Positions 9,573 through 19,144 of a stretch of DNA of 64,000 nt are shown in pieces. The stretch covers positions 2,400,001 through 2,464,000 of the forward strand of contig CAWIIB010000009.1 of assembly GCA_963836075.1 (NCBI GenBank), read 5' to 3'. Source of the stretch: an uncultured Acidobacteriota bacterium. Its GTDB lineage: Bacteria > Acidobacteriota > JAQAZP01. The position numbers and the translations under genes are program-made. The notes under the pieces are model-generated. The model searched no databases and had not been told where the DNA came from. It saw nothing but the letters and a program-made list of their open reading frames with translations. Position 1 is the stretch's first letter, and the number at the start of each line of letters is the position of its first letter.

Positions 9573-9913
9573 CCGTCCATCCTCTTCACTGGCGGTTCGT
9601 AGCGTTCGTAGTAGCCGATCACCGCACCGCTGCCGTCACGCACGGCCCGCATGTAGATCCGGTATTTTTCGTTGTCCGTGATCCGCCGCTCCTCCTCGGT
9701 GCCCGCTTCGAAGGCGGCCAGGACATCCACCATGATCTCCCCCGACTCTTTGTTGTGGCAGTCGAAGAGCGATGTCCCCAGCAGTTGGTAGCCGTCCGTG
9801 TAGTGTATTGCCGCGGCCTTGTTCATGTAGCGGACGACGTGGTCCGTATCGGCGAAGAGCAACGGGTTCTTCAGGCTGTCCAGAATGCTCTCCAGTAATT
9901 CAACGTGTGTCAT
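9569..9913 (-). CDS. Standalone PAS domain protein
   Basis: [50 protein letters not shown]. Confidence 0.8.
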   Translation of the reverse strand: MTHVELLESILDSLKNPLLFADTDHVVRYMNKAAAIHYTDGYQLLGTSLFDCHNKESGEIMVDVLAAFEAGTEEERRITDNEKYRIYMRAVRDGSGAVIGYYERYEPPVKRMDG

Positions 9914-10380
9914 GCTCCTCCTGTTCCATGCTCGCGGCCCCAGGCGGTGAGAAACCGGTCCAGCTGGTTGGCAAAGGCTCGGCGGTCTCCCTGGTTGAAC
10001 GCCGGTGGGCCCCCGGTCTCCACTCCGGTGGAGCGCAGTTCGTCCATGAAGTTGCGCAGGGTCAACCGTTCCTGGATATTCTCTTCAGAGTAGAAGGTGC
10101 CGCGCGGGTCGAGGGCTTCCGCGCCTTTCTCGATCACCTTGGCCGCGAGAGGGATATCGGCGGTGATCACCAGATCACCGTGCTCCACCAGGTCCACGAT
10201 CCGCTCGTCGGCGGCGTCGAAGCCGTTGGGGACCACCATTGTGTCGATCAAGGGTGACGGCGGGGTCCGCAGTTGCTTGTTGGCCACCAGGGTCAGGGGA
10301 ACACCCACCCGCTCGGCAGCACGGAAGAGAATTTCCTTGATCACGCCGGGGCAGGCATCGGCATCGACCCAGATGTGCAT
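9910..10380 (-). CDS. yaiI: YaiI/YqxD family protein (UPF0178)
   Basis: [46 protein letters not shown]. Confidence 0.93.
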   Translation of the reverse strand: MHIWVDADACPGVIKEILFRAAERVGVPLTLVANKQLRTPPSPLIDTMVVPNGFDAADERIVDLVEHGDLVITADIPLAAKVIEKGAEALDPRGTFYSEENIQERLTLRNFMDELRSTGVETGGPPAFNQGDRRAFANQLDRFLTAWGREHGTGGA

Positions 10381-10405
10381 TGGTGGTCATACTCCGGCGG
10401 AGGTC

Positions 10406-10876
10406 TCAGCAGGATTTTCTGCTCTTGCCGCTTTTCTTGTGCTGGATGTTTTTCACCAGGTTTATGTATTCCTCCACCCCCATCGAGGCAATGGCCTCGC
10501 CGATCAGGGGCAGGGGCAGGTCCTCAAGTTTTCTGAAGCGGACGCATGATTTACCCAGGTCGAACCGCTTTCCGGTGGCCTTGTAGTCAGCCTCGAATTT
10601 CTTTCGGGCTTCCTCCGAGCTGTAGATACAGCTGAGGTAGACCGCCATATGGTTTTTCTGCGAAGCCAGCGCGGCCAGCATCAAGGGCTTCTTGTTGTAT
10701 GTGTCGGGGTAGGTCTCCAGCGGAACCTGGTAGGTGATCATCCCCCAGTCCATCACCTCTTCATAGCCCTGGGGCAGGTTGGCCAGAATGGTTCCGCGCA
10801 CCGTTTCGATGGCCGTCCGGCGCTCCTCCGGCAGTTCTTCCAGATACTGCTCCACAGTGGTGGCCCTGGATTGCAT
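10406..10876 (-). CDS. DUF1801 (YdhG-like) domain protein
   Basis: TVEQYLEELPEERR, WGMITYQVPLETYPDTYN, ASQKNHMAVY, DLGKSCVRF. Confidence 0.88.
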   Translation of the reverse strand: MQSRATTVEQYLEELPEERRTAIETVRGTILANLPQGYEEVMDWGMITYQVPLETYPDTYNKKPLMLAALASQKNHMAVYLSCIYSSEEARKKFEADYKATGKRFDLGKSCVRFRKLEDLPLPLIGEAIASMGVEEYINLVKNIQHKKSGKSRKSC

Positions 10877-10888
10877 GATTCCGAACTC

Positions 10889-11299
10889 CTAGTCGTAGCG
10901 GACACCGTCATACTCGATCCAGCCGCCGGGGTGGTTGCCCCGGGAGGCATGGTGCGTCCAGTGTACCACGCCGCCCTTGTTGTTCCACTCGTATTCCCCG
11001 CGAAAGCGGACCGTTTCACCGGTTCCCCGAAGCGGGACGCGGCGGCCCACGTCGATGTTGTGGGCGATGAGCAGGGACAGGCCGGAGGGGATCTCCACGA
11101 TGAACCGCTGGTGCTTCGACCCGCGGGTGTCGTCGCGGAGAATTTTGACCACCACGCCTTCGGCCTCCACCGGCACATCGCTGGCCATCTCGGCAAATGC
11201 CCGGTCGATGCCATCCGGTTCGATTTCGGGTGCGCAACCGGCAAACTGGACGATTCCCAGGAAGAGTAGGGCGAGGATGAGGTGACGTAACGTATTCAT
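10889..11299 (-). CDS. DUF3465 domain lipoprotein
   Basis: Lipobox FAGC; DDTRGSKHQRFI, IAHNID, GEYEWNNKGGVVHWTH. Confidence 0.88.
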   Translation of the reverse strand: MNTLRHLILALLFLGIVQFAGCAPEIEPDGIDRAFAEMASDVPVEAEGVVVKILRDDTRGSKHQRFIVEIPSGLSLLIAHNIDVGRRVPLRGTGETVRFRGEYEWNNKGGVVHWTHHASRGNHPGGWIEYDGVRYD

Positions 11300-11310
11300 G
11301 TTTCTATTCC

Positions 11311-12048
11311 CTACATCGCGGGGAGCGAGCCCGTGGTGGCCAGGGAGACCAGGATATAGATGATCCCGCCCACCAGACCGCCGATGTTGGCCAGCATGTG
11401 CAAACCAATGGCCGGCACGAGGCTTCCCGACAGTGCTCGATGGTGCCCGGCCAGCAGTCCCAGAGAGAAAGTAAAGAGGACGATGATCAGGGTGGAGGTC
11501 CCATCGGCCCCCGAGAGAAGCAGCACCAGGTGCATTGCCCCGAAAAACGCCGCACTGATCAGGGTCGGGAGGTCGACTCTGATGCCGGGCAGCCCCACCT
11601 GAAAGCGGCTGAGTGCACTGAGATGACTTTGCAGGAAGCCGCGGGTGAACACCTCCTCGATGGTGCTGGAGGAAATCCAGACAAAGAACACGATCTGGAG
11701 AAACGACAACTGTTTGATCAGCGGGTTGCCGACGGCTCCGGAGAACAGGATCGCCAGGCTGGCTGCCGCTCCCAGACCCAGCGCCGCCACCACGGCAACG
11801 GCCAGGCGAGGCAGACTCCGGCGGGTGACGTAGCTCTTGACGGGCCGGCGAAAGCCGTATTCTCCGAACCGTCCGCGGCCCAGGATGCCGATGGCCAGAA
11901 GACTAAGCAGCAGCTCGACAGCCTGCCCGGCGGCCAGTGTCCGGGCCGCGCCCTCAAGTATCAGTTTGGGCAGGACAATGGCCAGGGCAAAGATCACAAG
12001 GCCCACGGCCAGCGTCTGGAGGATTCGCTTCTTCTCGCTACGGGTCAT
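11311..12048 (-). CDS. CPBP (Abi/CAAX) family intramembrane glutamic endopeptidase
   Basis: EEVFTRG, FFGAMH, HMLAN motifs; multi-pass membrane protein. Confidence 0.88.
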   Translation of the reverse strand: MTRSEKKRILQTLAVGLVIFALAIVLPKLILEGAARTLAAGQAVELLLSLLAIGILGRGRFGEYGFRRPVKSYVTRRSLPRLAVAVVAALGLGAAASLAILFSGAVGNPLIKQLSFLQIVFFVWISSSTIEEVFTRGFLQSHLSALSRFQVGLPGIRVDLPTLISAAFFGAMHLVLLLSGADGTSTLIIVLFTFSLGLLAGHHRALSGSLVPAIGLHMLANIGGLVGGIIYILVSLATTGSLPAM

Positions 12049-12634
12049 GGGGCGCCTTCCGGTAGGGTTTGTGTCCGTAGTACTTGGGCCATGAGTCGAG
12101 CCTCACGTGGAGCCAGGGGACGCCGCCCCCGGCGGTGCTCACCCAGACCGGCCGTTCACCGACGGTCTGTTGGAGAGCTGCGCCCACCGCTTTCCACAGG
12201 GCATGGTTCTGCTCCTCGGAAGCGCGGCGGACAAAGGCGGCCAGGTGCCCGTAAGCATCCCCCGGGCCGCAGGGGAGGGGGGCGACCAGCAGGGCGTCGT
12301 GGCCCAGGTTGGGAAACGATATGACGTTTCGTTGCGACGTGCCGGCAAAGAGATCGCTGAAGGCCGTCATGTCGGGTGGAATGTCGAGACCGGGACTGTC
12401 CAGCAGGACATACTCGAACCGGCGCCCCAGGCAGGATGAAGTCACTGGCGGCGTTTCCCAGCGGAAGGCGGTATACGGCGCCAGGGAGAGCCGGGAGATG
12501 AAGAAGGAACGGAAGGCCGGATCCTCTTGCCAGAGGGCCATCACCTCGGCGTAGCCGAGCGAAATCCCGCCACGGCGCACCGAAACCTTCAGCCCCAGGC
12601 CCCGGCCAAGTTGTTGCTCGTCGGCTTCAAACAT
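12038..12634 (-). CDS. Conserved hypothetical protein (DUF6940-like)
   Basis: AFRWETPPV, FPNLGHDALLVAP, YGHLAAFVR, WVSTAGGGVPWLHVRLDSWPKYY; start uncertain (12634 or 12679). Confidence 0.7.
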   Translation of the reverse strand: MFEADEQQLGRGLGLKVSVRRGGISLGYAEVMALWQEDPAFRSFFISRLSLAPYTAFRWETPPVTSSCLGRRFEYVLLDSPGLDIPPDMTAFSDLFAGTSQRNVISFPNLGHDALLVAPLPCGPGDAYGHLAAFVRRASEEQNHALWKAVGAALQQTVGERPVWVSTAGGGVPWLHVRLDSWPKYYGHKPYRKAPHDP

Positions 12635-12659
12635 ACCAGGGGCGGCAATCGGCCGAACA

Positions 12660-12692
12660 CCCCCCGGGGGTCGCTGCAACGCCCCGGGAGGT
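12660..12692 (-). terminator. Possible terminator hairpin after the HU gene
   Basis: Minus strand cctcccgggg-cgttgcagcga-cccccgggggg GC stem about 20 nt after the HU stop; weak U tract. Confidence 0.35.
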
Positions 12693-12710
12693 GACCGGCA
12701 TCAACCAGGC

Positions 12711-13004
12711 TTATTCAGCCACCCGGTCCTTGAGGCTTTTGCCAGCCTTGAAGGTGGGGTAGGTCTTTGCCGCCAGCTGTATGGTCTCACCGGTGGCCGG
12801 GTTGCGGCCCGAGCGTGCTGACCGTCGCTTTGTGCCGAAGGTGCCGAAACCAGTGATCCGAACTTCCCGGCCGGCATCCAGTTCGATGGCGATGATGCCC
12901 TCTCCCGGGGCCGTGTCGAAGATGCAGTTCACCACCTCCAGCGCCTTTGCTTGCGAAAGGTCGCAATTCTTCGCCAGCTTCGCCGCCATTTCACTCTTGG
13001 TCAT
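12711..13004 (-). CDS. hup: HU/IHF family DNA-binding protein
   Basis: AGGAG RBS, ATG 13004; MTKSEMAAKLA, GFGTFG, RSGRNPATGETI, PTFKAGKSLKDRV. Confidence 0.93.
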   Translation of the reverse strand: MTKSEMAAKLAKNCDLSQAKALEVVNCIFDTAPGEGIIAIELDAGREVRITGFGTFGTKRRSARSGRNPATGETIQLAAKTYPTFKAGKSLKDRVAE

Positions 13005-13167
13005 CAGATTCCTCCTGATGGTAATGGGCCGCAGCCCTCTTTCGCAGGCGTGATTCCGCCGAATCCGCACCGGCAACCACTGCCGTATCCCGCCTGTCGA
13101 GTGTTTTTGAGACTTCTATGCCCGCAGTATATGTATATTTTCGTGAAAAATGCAATAAGAACAAGCA

Positions 13168-13491
13168 CTATTGAGAATTCGTGAACTGCAGATATTCCAC
13201 CGGCGCACCGTCGCAGACCACAAAGGCCACCATCACACCCTCAGATGGGCTGTTCGGTTCGATGATCACCTGTTGCCCCTTCAAGGCCGCTTCCAGGTCA
13301 TCCACCTCGAAGGCCACGTGGGGTACGGTCTGTACCAGTTCGGGCAGGGGGGAGTCCTGTTCGTAGCGCATCCACTGGATGCCGTGGGGGTTCCTCCGGT
13401 GGTCGGTGCAGTAGAGCCCGTAGCGCGGGAGATAGGTTTCGCCTGTTTGCGGAGTATCGGTGGGGATCCCCAGGTGGTGGTATTTCTTCAT
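13168..13491 (-). CDS. VOC/glyoxalase-like protein
   Basis: ATG 13491 overlaps the rsgA stop; YHHLGIPT, PHVAFEVDDLEAAL, GAPVEYL. Confidence 0.78.
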   Translation of the reverse strand: MKKYHHLGIPTDTPQTGETYLPRYGLYCTDHRRNPHGIQWMRYEQDSPLPELVQTVPHVAFEVDDLEAALKGQQVIIEPNSPSEGVMVAFVVCDGAPVEYLQFTNSQ

Positions 13492-14558
13492 GGATTCTCC
13501 TGTCGCTTTTTGTGCCGGCGATACCCGGAAGTGATCTCTTTCCAGCGCTTCTTCTCCTTCAGCGCGGCCCTGACGTCCTGCTTGCGCTCGAGGTAGTCCA
13601 ACTCCTTGCGCAGCTTGAGGTAACTCTCCAGCCGGCCGTGGTCCAGGACGCCCTGCTCCACGGCCTGCCGAACCGCGCAGCCCGGTTCCGAGTCGTGCCC
13701 GCAATCGGCATACCGGCAGCTCTCGGACAGTGATCCCACATCGGCAAAGCTCTTGCCCAATCCGGCCTCAGCGTTCCAGAGCTGGATTTCGCGCATCCCG
13801 GGTGTATCCAGCAGCAGCCCGCCGCAGGGCAACAGCACCAGCTGGCGGTGGGTGGTTTTGTGCCGCCCCTTGCCGTCCCCCTCGCGGATATCACCGGTGA
13901 GCATTACCTCAGACCCGGCCAGGCTGTTGAGCAGCGTTGATTTCCCCACCCCCGAGGATCCCAGCAGGGCGATGGTCTTACCCGGGGCCAGTGCCGGGGC
14001 CAGAGCTTCCAGGCCCGAACCGTCTCTTGCGCTCACCGGGTGGACCGGGATACCGAGCAGCGACGATTCGAGATCGGCTGCCGTCTGTTGGGGGGCATCT
14101 GCAAGATCGGACTTGCTCAGGATCACCCAGGGCTCCGCTCCGCTCTCCCAGACCAGGGCCAGGTAGCGGTCGATGCGGTTGCGGTTGAGGTTCGGACCAA
14201 AGGCGGTAACGATCCAGACGGTATCCACATTGGCCGCGATCACCTGTTCGTCGGTGCGGGCTCCGGCCGATTTCCGGGAAAACCGGGTCAGCCGGGGCAG
14301 CACCAGGTTGATCTGTGCTTCGCCACCCCGGCCATCCGATGCGGCAACCCAGTCGCCCACTGTCGGCAGGTCGGCGGGGCTGGCGGCCTCGTGGCGCAAG
14401 CGTCCGGATATGCGGGCAGCCAGTTCCGCCTCCCCGGTCCGGATCCGGTATTGGCCTCGGTGTTCGGCAACGACTCTCGCCGGAACAGACTCCGGCCGAT
14501 GGGCATCGGTGAATTTCCCGGCCCAGCGGTCATCCCAGCCATAGTCCTCGAGGCTCAT
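13488..14558 (-). CDS. rsgA: Ribosome small subunit-dependent GTPase A
   Basis: Circularly permuted GTPase motifs SKSDL, GSSGVGKS, GRHKTT, DTPGMRE; Zn finger CRYADCGHDSEPGC. Confidence 0.95.
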   Translation of the reverse strand: MSLEDYGWDDRWAGKFTDAHRPESVPARVVAEHRGQYRIRTGEAELAARISGRLRHEAASPADLPTVGDWVAASDGRGGEAQINLVLPRLTRFSRKSAGARTDEQVIAANVDTVWIVTAFGPNLNRNRIDRYLALVWESGAEPWVILSKSDLADAPQQTAADLESSLLGIPVHPVSARDGSGLEALAPALAPGKTIALLGSSGVGKSTLLNSLAGSEVMLTGDIREGDGKGRHKTTHRQLVLLPCGGLLLDTPGMREIQLWNAEAGLGKSFADVGSLSESCRYADCGHDSEPGCAVRQAVEQGVLDHGRLESYLKLRKELDYLERKQDVRAALKEKKRWKEITSGYRRHKKRQENP

Positions 14559-14587
14559 CTTTTCCTCTCCCTTTCCGGCGCAGTCTA

Positions 14588-15271
14588 CTACACGATCACC
14601 GCACGGCCGTTGTCACTGGCAGAGAGGGCCAGCAGGAAGGGTGCCGCCCGCCCGGCCCATTCGCCGGGTGAGGGACAGGCTGCCGCGCCGTCCCCCCAGC
14701 AGCTGCGCAGCATGTCGGTATCGATGACCCCGGGGTTCACCGCCACCGCGGCCATCCCGGGGGGCAGTTCCTGTGACAGCGCCTCGGTGAGGCCTTCCAC
14801 CGCGTACTTGCTGGCGCAGTAGGGCGCCACCTCCGGGGCGGTGGAGCGGCCCCAGCCGGAACTGATGTTGGCCACCACCCCGCGGCCCCGCTGGATCATC
14901 GCCGGCAGATAAGCGCGGATCAGATTGGCCGTGCCGCAGACATTGGTCAGGATCACCGACCGGAACTCTTCGTCGGAGACCTCCCACAGGCGGGCGTTGC
15001 GGTTGATCACCCCGGCGTTGTTCACCAGCAGGTCCGGGGGACCGCTCTCCCCGATCACCGATTGGGACCAGGCCAGCACCGCCGGCCAGTCGGTGATGTC
15101 CAGCATGTCGAAACGGTGCGGGGCGCCGAGGTTGTTGCGCAACTCCTTGATCTCCGTCTCCGACCGCCCGCAGCCGATGATGGTGTGGCCCATGCCGGCC
15201 AACCGCTCGGTCAGTGCCCTGCCGATGCCCTTGGTCGCACCAGTGATCAGGATCGTTCTGCTGTCACTCAT
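14588..15271 (-). CDS. SDR family oxidoreductase
   Basis: TGATKGIG, NNAG, YCASK (YxxxK), NPGVIDT. Confidence 0.92.
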   Translation of the reverse strand: MSDSRTILITGATKGIGRALTERLAGMGHTIIGCGRSETEIKELRNNLGAPHRFDMLDITDWPAVLAWSQSVIGESGPPDLLVNNAGVINRNARLWEVSDEEFRSVILTNVCGTANLIRAYLPAMIQRGRGVVANISSGWGRSTAPEVAPYCASKYAVEGLTEALSQELPPGMAAVAVNPGVIDTDMLRSCWGDGAAACPSPGEWAGRAAPFLLALSASDNGRAVIV

Positions 15272-15899
15272 CGCCACCCCCTGTTGATGACACGTGAAAT
15301 TCCGTCTCGCCCCTGGTGGCGGCCAGATCGCCGAAATAGAGGCAGAACAGTTCGTGGTTCCCGTCGAGGAAGAGCCGCTGGCGCTCGTGGGCCGGAAGTC
15401 CCTTCAGTTCTCCGGTATCCACCAGCGGCGGCAGCACCAGGGCCAGGTTGCCGGTGAGTCCGAACACGGTTTCCAGTAGTCTGTCCGCCGGCGGTTGGGT
15501 GTTCGATTGGCGAAAACGGTATACGTGGCCAGGCCCGGTGACGGCCCAGTCCGGGTCGAGGAATGCCGCATCCACCGGCGGCAACTGCTGGAGCAACTGC
15601 TGGTCGAGGATGTCTCCGAGAATGAAATCCACCCGGTCCGTCTGGCCGGCCTGCTCCACGTTGTGCCGGGCCTGGGCCTGAATGACCGGGTCGATCTCCA
15701 CGGTGTGGACCTGCCGGGCCTCACGGGCCAGGGAGATGGTGGTGAAACCGCCCCCGGTGCAGGTCTCGAGAACAGTGCGGCCCCGGACCCGGTCGGCAAA
15801 GTGCGCGGTGAAGCGCAGGTCGATGCCCATGGTGAACGTCCGCTGGTCGGCGCTGTAGTCGTCCCCGAATTTCGAGTGGATGTCGCTGGGATCCATCAT
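15264..15899 (-). CDS. Class I SAM methyltransferase, trimethylguanosine-synthase/RsmD-like
   Basis: VLETCTGGGFTTISLA, VEID, ARHN, GDIL, DAAFLDPDW. Confidence 0.75.
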   Translation of the reverse strand: MMDPSDIHSKFGDDYSADQRTFTMGIDLRFTAHFADRVRGRTVLETCTGGGFTTISLAREARQVHTVEIDPVIQAQARHNVEQAGQTDRVDFILGDILDQQLLQQLPPVDAAFLDPDWAVTGPGHVYRFRQSNTQPPADRLLETVFGLTGNLALVLPPLVDTGELKGLPAHERQRLFLDGNHELFCLYFGDLAATRGETEFHVSSTGGGDE

Positions 15900-15930
15900 T
15901 GGCGGCTCCGCAAGAGGGCTTGCTCCTTCG

Positions 15931-16497
15931 TCAGGATTTGGTCAGCAGTGCCGTCCGGCAGAGGAACATCCACGGCCCGGGGCCGGGGGCCAGGCCGGCC
16001 TCCCGGGCGCGTTCCAGAGACGCGGCAAACTTCTTCTTCGAAACGTGGAACGGCGGTTCCACCACCAGCACGCTCCCGCCCTCTGACAGCAGCGATGCCA
16101 CTTCATGGTAGAAACGGTCCTGGTCCGGAATTTCGTGAACCACATAAAAGGCGAGAACGAAGTCCACCGGTTCATCGAGGCCGATCCGGTCTTCCTCGCA
16201 CTTGTGCAGGGTGATCCGCTGCTCCAGTTCAGTTCCCCGGATCTTCTCCCGGACCTTGTCCAGCATCCCCTGTTGCAGGTCGCTGGCGATCACCCGGCCG
16301 TTCTCGCCCACCAGGCGGGCCAACTCGGTGCTGAAGAACCCCGGGCCGCAGCCCAGATCCAGAACGGTCATCCCCGCACGGATATATGGGCTGAGGATTT
16401 TCTGCGGATCCTGCAGCCAGCGTCGCAACCGGGTGTCCAGGGCGCCCGCCCGTTCCACCGGGCAGACCCGCTCGGACCTCTTGCTCATCTCTCGCAC
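15931..16497 (-). CDS. Class I SAM-dependent methyltransferase
   Basis: VLDLGCGPGFF, DLQQGML, FYVVHEIPD, VVEPPFHVS. Confidence 0.9.
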   Translation of the reverse strand: MREMSKRSERVCPVERAGALDTRLRRWLQDPQKILSPYIRAGMTVLDLGCGPGFFSTELARLVGENGRVIASDLQQGMLDKVREKIRGTELEQRITLHKCEEDRIGLDEPVDFVLAFYVVHEIPDQDRFYHEVASLLSEGGSVLVVEPPFHVSKKKFAASLERAREAGLAPGPGPWMFLCRTALLTKS

Positions 16498-16504
16498 CCT
16501 CCGC

Positions 16505-16888
16505 TCATCGCGGCTCGTCCAGCCTATTCCGGCGCCATCTGAAAAAGATGTAGCCGTAGATCGAGACGTTGATCAGCAGTACGGCCGCGCCGAGCACCAC
16601 CTGCAGCTGGCGGGTCAGCCCCGCGGGGTAGATCAGCGGGATCAGGTAGTGCTCGATGAAACCGCCGCGGTACCCGGCCTCACCGCCGGCCCGGCGCAGC
16701 CAGTTCTCCAGCGGGGTCAGCGGGCAGTACAGGCCGCTGAATTCCACCAGTGCGCCCCACGCGGCGGCCGGGACGTGGAGCCAGGCGGCTCTCGGCCACC
16801 TGACTGCCAGCAGGCCGCCAAAAACAACGAGGAGGATGAATAACAAGTGGACGACGACCGCCATGTCGGCGGCGATTCTGTATCCCAT
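16505..16888 (-). CDS. DUF2784 domain membrane protein
   Basis: ADMAVVVHLLFI, LHVPAAAWG, CPLTPLENWLR, GFIEHYLIPLIYP. Confidence 0.9.
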   Translation of the reverse strand: MGYRIAADMAVVVHLLFILLVVFGGLLAVRWPRAAWLHVPAAAWGALVEFSGLYCPLTPLENWLRRAGGEAGYRGGFIEHYLIPLIYPAGLTRQLQVVLGAAVLLINVSIYGYIFFRWRRNRLDEPR

Positions 16889-17401
16889 TCAGTCCCCGTT
16901 GTCCGCGCGGGCCGAGGAGAGGTCACTGGCGTTGAGTGCCCGGACGCTCTGTCGGCTCCCGGTGACGGCGCGGCGGTGGTAGTCCACCTGGCCCAGGTGA
17001 TACCCCAGATGGACCGCCAGGTGGAGCATGAACTCGCCGGTCTGCAGTCTCTGTTCACCCACCAGCAGGGGGTACGGCTGCTCCAGCGCTTCCTCGGTCA
17101 GCGCGGCGAGCGCCGTTTTCACCTCCACCATGGCGGTGTCGATTCCGGCCAGCAGCTCGTCCCGCGGGACGTCCCGGGCCGCGAACTCCCGGTCGCGATC
17201 CCGGATGTAGCCCGAGCCGCCGAACTGCGCACCGATATAGTGTCGCAGGTTGCCGGTGAGGTGCAGGGCCAGGGTGCCCGCGGAATTGGCCACCCCCGGC
17301 AGGCCGGCCCAGATCTGCCGCTCGTCCTCGTAGGCCAGAAGTTCACTTCGCAGGCCTTTCAGCTCTCTGAGAATCATGCCCGTCAGCTGTTCGATGAGCA
17401 T
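16889..17401 (-). CDS. DinB family (DUF1572-like) protein
   Basis: NSAGTLALHLTGNLRHYIG, RDRDREF, HLGYHLGQVDYHRR; GAGGAG RBS before ATG 17401. Confidence 0.87.
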   Translation of the reverse strand: MLIEQLTGMILRELKGLRSELLAYEDERQIWAGLPGVANSAGTLALHLTGNLRHYIGAQFGGSGYIRDRDREFAARDVPRDELLAGIDTAMVEVKTALAALTEEALEQPYPLLVGEQRLQTGEFMLHLAVHLGYHLGQVDYHRRAVTGSRQSVRALNASDLSSARADNGD

Positions 17402-17424
17402 CGTTTTCTCCTCGGTGTCCCGAT

Positions 17425-18000
17425 TCACTCTTGCGGAGCCATCCTGACCCAGAACAGGCCCCGGAAGTCGCCCTCCTTGAACCCCCGGGCCGCGTCCTCG
17501 GGGTAGAGGGTGTCGATCTTATTCGCCACCCCGGGGTCCATGGTCTCGCCATGGCACTTGAGGCAGGCCGGCCGGACAACGATCGGCTCGACATAGCCGT
17601 GACCCCCGTCCTCCAGGTCCACCAGGGTTGGCGCCGACAGACCGGGGTCGGCGGCGTATCTCTCCAGCAGCGGCTCCATCCAGGGTTCGGGCGCGTTGGC
17701 CGTGTTGCGCAAGCGGTGGCTGGTCCGGCCGAGCGTGACACCAGGCGAACCCGCCTCGGCGGCAATGATCGGTGCCTGCTCACTGCAGACGAGGATTGCC
17801 GCTTCGGGCCCCTCTTTCATCCCTTTGACCAGGGCTGACATCAGTTGTTGCTTGAACGGCCTCAACGCCGAGGCGCCAAGTTCCATCAGGCGGTCCTCGT
17901 CGGGGCCGGCCAGGGCCAGGGCCGCCGGCAGAACCGCGGCCAGCAGGAGCAGGGCCAGCAAGGTGAATGTGGATCTGGTTGCGGGACGTTTCATGACCAT
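17425..18000 (-). CDS. DUF3365/Tll0287-like c-type heme protein
   Basis: Signal peptide; GRTSHRLRNTANAP, CLKCH heme motif, YPEDAARGFKEGDFRGLFWV. Confidence 0.88.
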   Translation of the reverse strand: MVMKRPATRSTFTLLALLLLAAVLPAALALAGPDEDRLMELGASALRPFKQQLMSALVKGMKEGPEAAILVCSEQAPIIAAEAGSPGVTLGRTSHRLRNTANAPEPWMEPLLERYAADPGLSAPTLVDLEDGGHGYVEPIVVRPACLKCHGETMDPGVANKIDTLYPEDAARGFKEGDFRGLFWVRMAPQE

Positions 18001-18052
18001 ACCTCCAGGGGCGGATAGAAAATATCAATGCTTCTCAGGATGATTCGGCTGT

Positions 18053-18436
18053 TCAGGATAGATTGTAACGTGATCGGAGCGTATTTGACAAAAAGACGAA
18101 AATCGAACCGAGAGTGAAAGCGGCCACTGCCCCGAGGATAACCGCCATCCTGATCCAGGGGAGACCCAGGTCTGATCGCCAGGCAGCCAGGACGGCCGCG
18201 GTTCGGACCCACTCCAGGGCGGCGAGGACAAGCGCCAGCTGGACCAGCCGCACCGCCGCCGGCCGGCGGATCAGCAGCAGCAGGGGAGCGGCCAGGCAGA
18301 GCAGAACCAGTATTGGATACCCGGACCGCAGGAAGTGGGCCGCGATCAGCAGGGTGCTGAGCAGGATCGGCAGCAGCTGGAGCAGAGCGAGAATTCGGGC
18401 CTGCACCGCGGCTATTTTGAAATACTTCTCACTCAT
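18053..18436 (-). CDS. Hypothetical membrane protein
   Basis: LLIAAHFLRSG, ALEWVRT, PWIRMAVILGAVA; about 4 TM helices. Confidence 0.72.
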   Translation of the reverse strand: MSEKYFKIAAVQARILALLQLLPILLSTLLIAAHFLRSGYPILVLLCLAAPLLLLIRRPAAVRLVQLALVLAALEWVRTAAVLAAWRSDLGLPWIRMAVILGAVAAFTLGSIFVFLSNTLRSRYNLS

Positions 18437-19040
18437 TGTCTCCCGCTGGTGACTGGTGTTTTCCCGGTGTCCAGCCGTATTGGGTCAGCCAGTCGCTCCC
18501 CGACTGCCGGGCGCCCTCTTCCATGGAAGTGGCCATGCTGTCGTTCCAGCGGTTGAGGTAGCCGAAGAGGGCCACCACGCCCAGCAGCTCCACGATTTCT
18601 CCGTCATCCCAGTGGGCATGGAGCCGCTGTTCCAGCTCGGGGTCAACGGCGTTGGGTATGGTGGACGCGGCCAGGGCCAGGTCCAGCGCCGCCCGTTCGG
18701 CTTCGCTGAATGCCGGGTGGGTCCGGTAGTCCCATACGTTTTCCAGTTTCTCCCGCTCGGCACCGTAGCGCTGGGCGGCGCGGATGGCGTGGGCCTGGCA
18801 GTAGCGGCAGCCGGCCGCGCGGCTGGAGACATAGCCCACCAGGCGCTTCAACGAGCTGCTCACCCGGCCGTGGTTCTGCATCACCGCTTTGTTCAGCGAA
18901 ATGACCGCCTTGGCGATGGCCGGCCGGTGCTGCATGGTGAGCACGCTGTTGGGGCAGAAGCCAAGGGTTTCGTTGAAAAAACGGGAGAGGTCACGAACCT
19001 CCTCATCCGCATCGGGCGGCAGCGGGGTGACCAGCGGCAT
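18429..19040 (-). CDS. Carboxymuconolactone decarboxylase/AhpD-like protein
   Basis: FFNETLGFCPNS, GCRYCQAH (CxxC), FGYLNRWNDSM. Confidence 0.88.
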   Translation of the reverse strand: MPLVTPLPPDADEEVRDLSRFFNETLGFCPNSVLTMQHRPAIAKAVISLNKAVMQNHGRVSSSLKRLVGYVSSRAAGCRYCQAHAIRAAQRYGAEREKLENVWDYRTHPAFSEAERAALDLALAASTIPNAVDPELEQRLHAHWDDGEIVELLGVVALFGYLNRWNDSMATSMEEGARQSGSDWLTQYGWTPGKHQSPAGDNE

Positions 19041-19144
19041 GTGGGGGCTCCTCGATTAATGGGGTGCGCCGCAGCGCGAGCTTATTTTTCAAACCAGTTT
19101 CGCCGCACCGTGGGCCGCCGCCGGCCATGGTTGTTGGCCCCTTG

